DNA of 64,000 bases. Source: Schmidtea polychroa (lineage: Eukaryota). Numbering within the stretch: position 1 is the stretch's first letter; the number at the start of each line of letters is the position of its first letter. The DNA lies in assembly GCA_044892525.1 (NCBI GenBank), contig CM097885.1:36024001-36088000 (forward strand), read 5' to 3'. Position numbers and translations under genes: made by a program. The notes under the pieces are model-generated. The model was not told the DNA's origin. It made no database searches and worked only from the letters and a program-made list of their open reading frames with translations. This document shows, in pieces, positions 62,611 to 64,000 of this stretch.

Positions 62611-64000
62611 CTGTTGAGGTCTCGATATTTGAAACACTCAACTTATCTGGTTCTTATATAAATGTAAAAAAAACAAGTTTTGATATAAATATTTATTGAC
62701 AATAAAAATTACCTAAGATAAGTAATGCAAATTCCAAATGCAAGACATTACTTTGAAGGAATTAAAAATGTCCAATGAGGAATAAAGACATGAATGAATG
62801 ACGAAAAATTTGTGGAAAATGTTTATCAACCAAGGACATGGAAATGATGATTGAATGACGTTGAGGTTTTTCGAATGTGAAGATAGTGAAGATAGTCGAA
62901 GCTCTCACCGAAATGGCCTGTGAAATAGAGAAAAGATAGACAAAAGTGATTATGTTATATTTCGATGAACGGTTTGGAAAGGACGTGAAGGTATCATGAT
63001 CGAAATCCAAATGGCATGGTTAATTATAGTTAATTTTTGTTGGATAAATAATTCGTGATATAATTTATATGCTTTATTTGTATTTCATTAAGATCATAAT
63101 AATTTGAGTCGATCCGTTCCTCGTGATGATGTGAGTACGGTGGGTAGTAATACCTATGGTCCTCAGGTTTGTCATGGGGAGTGATGAAACTCCGAGTTGA
63201 ACCAATAAAAATGAGATGAAATTCTGAGAGAAATCCTGAGATCTTCATTGAATTGCGATCGAAGTAGAGTTCCAGAAGAAAATTCCAAAATGATATCAAT
63301 AATTCCATCTTGAGTTCAACCATCATCAGTCACATAGATTGAAAATCAGTCTTTACTATTCGCCATAACTAGGAAATTCGTAGCCATACCTTCGAAGTAT
63401 CTAGCAGTCGACCTTTCGCTTCAATAGCTCTGTAGAAAATCGCATTAAACCCGTTACGAGCAAAGACAGATCCACTTACGTCATCTAAGCAAATAGATTC
63501 ATCTTGGTGGGGCAAAGTCACTGGTAATTGCTAGAATCCAATATTTCTTCGTTAATCGATGAGAAATTCAATCGATCAAACCAGTCGTCCTCTATAGATA
63601 TTATTTTATCGAGGTGTTCAAAGAGAGATTTCAAAGAGAGTACAAGAATACCCAATTCAGGATGGAACTAATGTGTTCCAAATTCATCTTCAAAACGACG
63701 GTGGGTCACGACTGTCGACCAGTTGTGCGGGCTATGGATTTCAGTTTCCACTCATCAACGAACCTATCTTGTCGGGAACAACCAAGAAGGCGAATTTCCA
63801 GTCAGCTACAATTCAGAACGTGTCCCCACGCCATCGACTCTTCAATTCATCGCAGCTACAACTTCGGCCCCGAAGAAACGTAAACGTCCTTCACGAGCGG
63901 CGAAAAATCAGAAGCGCCGAAACACTATTGCGGCGATGGAAACTTCGTTATTTGCCGCTAAACCTCAATCAAGGCGATTTCACAAACACATGAGCTGTTA

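Larger units (their letters stand above)
60235..64000. mobile_element. Left part of a decayed Polinton/Maverick (adintovirus-like) endogenous virus inserted in Gypsy RT
   Basis: Starts AGTAGGTAGTTAGTAG, then a non-coding TIR-like region with 31-bp direct repeats (~60414, ~60495), then protease, capsid and small core-protein remnants. Whether it extends to the window end is assumed. Confidence 0.8.

Noticed and set aside
62700..63600. Polinton packaging ATPase, integrase or penton in this interval
   Set aside because: No Walker A/B, DDE or penton motif in the frames I read; left unassigned.

Overview
Very AT-rich eukaryotic (animal) genomic DNA. Short introns, (ATT)n/(TA)n runs and the TE types suggest a planarian-like flatworm, but that is inference. 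There are three host genes: an intronless hnRNP L-like gene (-), a multi-exon p190RhoGAP-family gene (+, ~10.8-48 kb; GTPase, FF and pseudo-GTPase regions recognisable, no RhoGAP domain seen) and a CCDC153/DRC12-like coiled-coil gene (-). The rest is dominated by transposon debris: Tc1/IS630, pogo, Merlin, piggyBac, hAT, Helitron and Gypsy. The most striking content is Polinton/Maverick-related. (i) A 3.18-kb gene-less, almost spacer-free palindrome (16484-19659) has AGTAG...CTACT ends, a perfect 6-bp TSD and dense AP-1 and NR5A/ERR-type motif arrays. (ii) A second 830-bp AGTAGTAG-ended mini element lies at 42599-43428. (iii) The left end of a decayed Polinton/Maverick virus (from 60235) carries protease, major capsid and small core-protein genes, and its protease gene appears to contain a 40-nt spliceosomal intron. 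All calls were made by eye; no database search was run.
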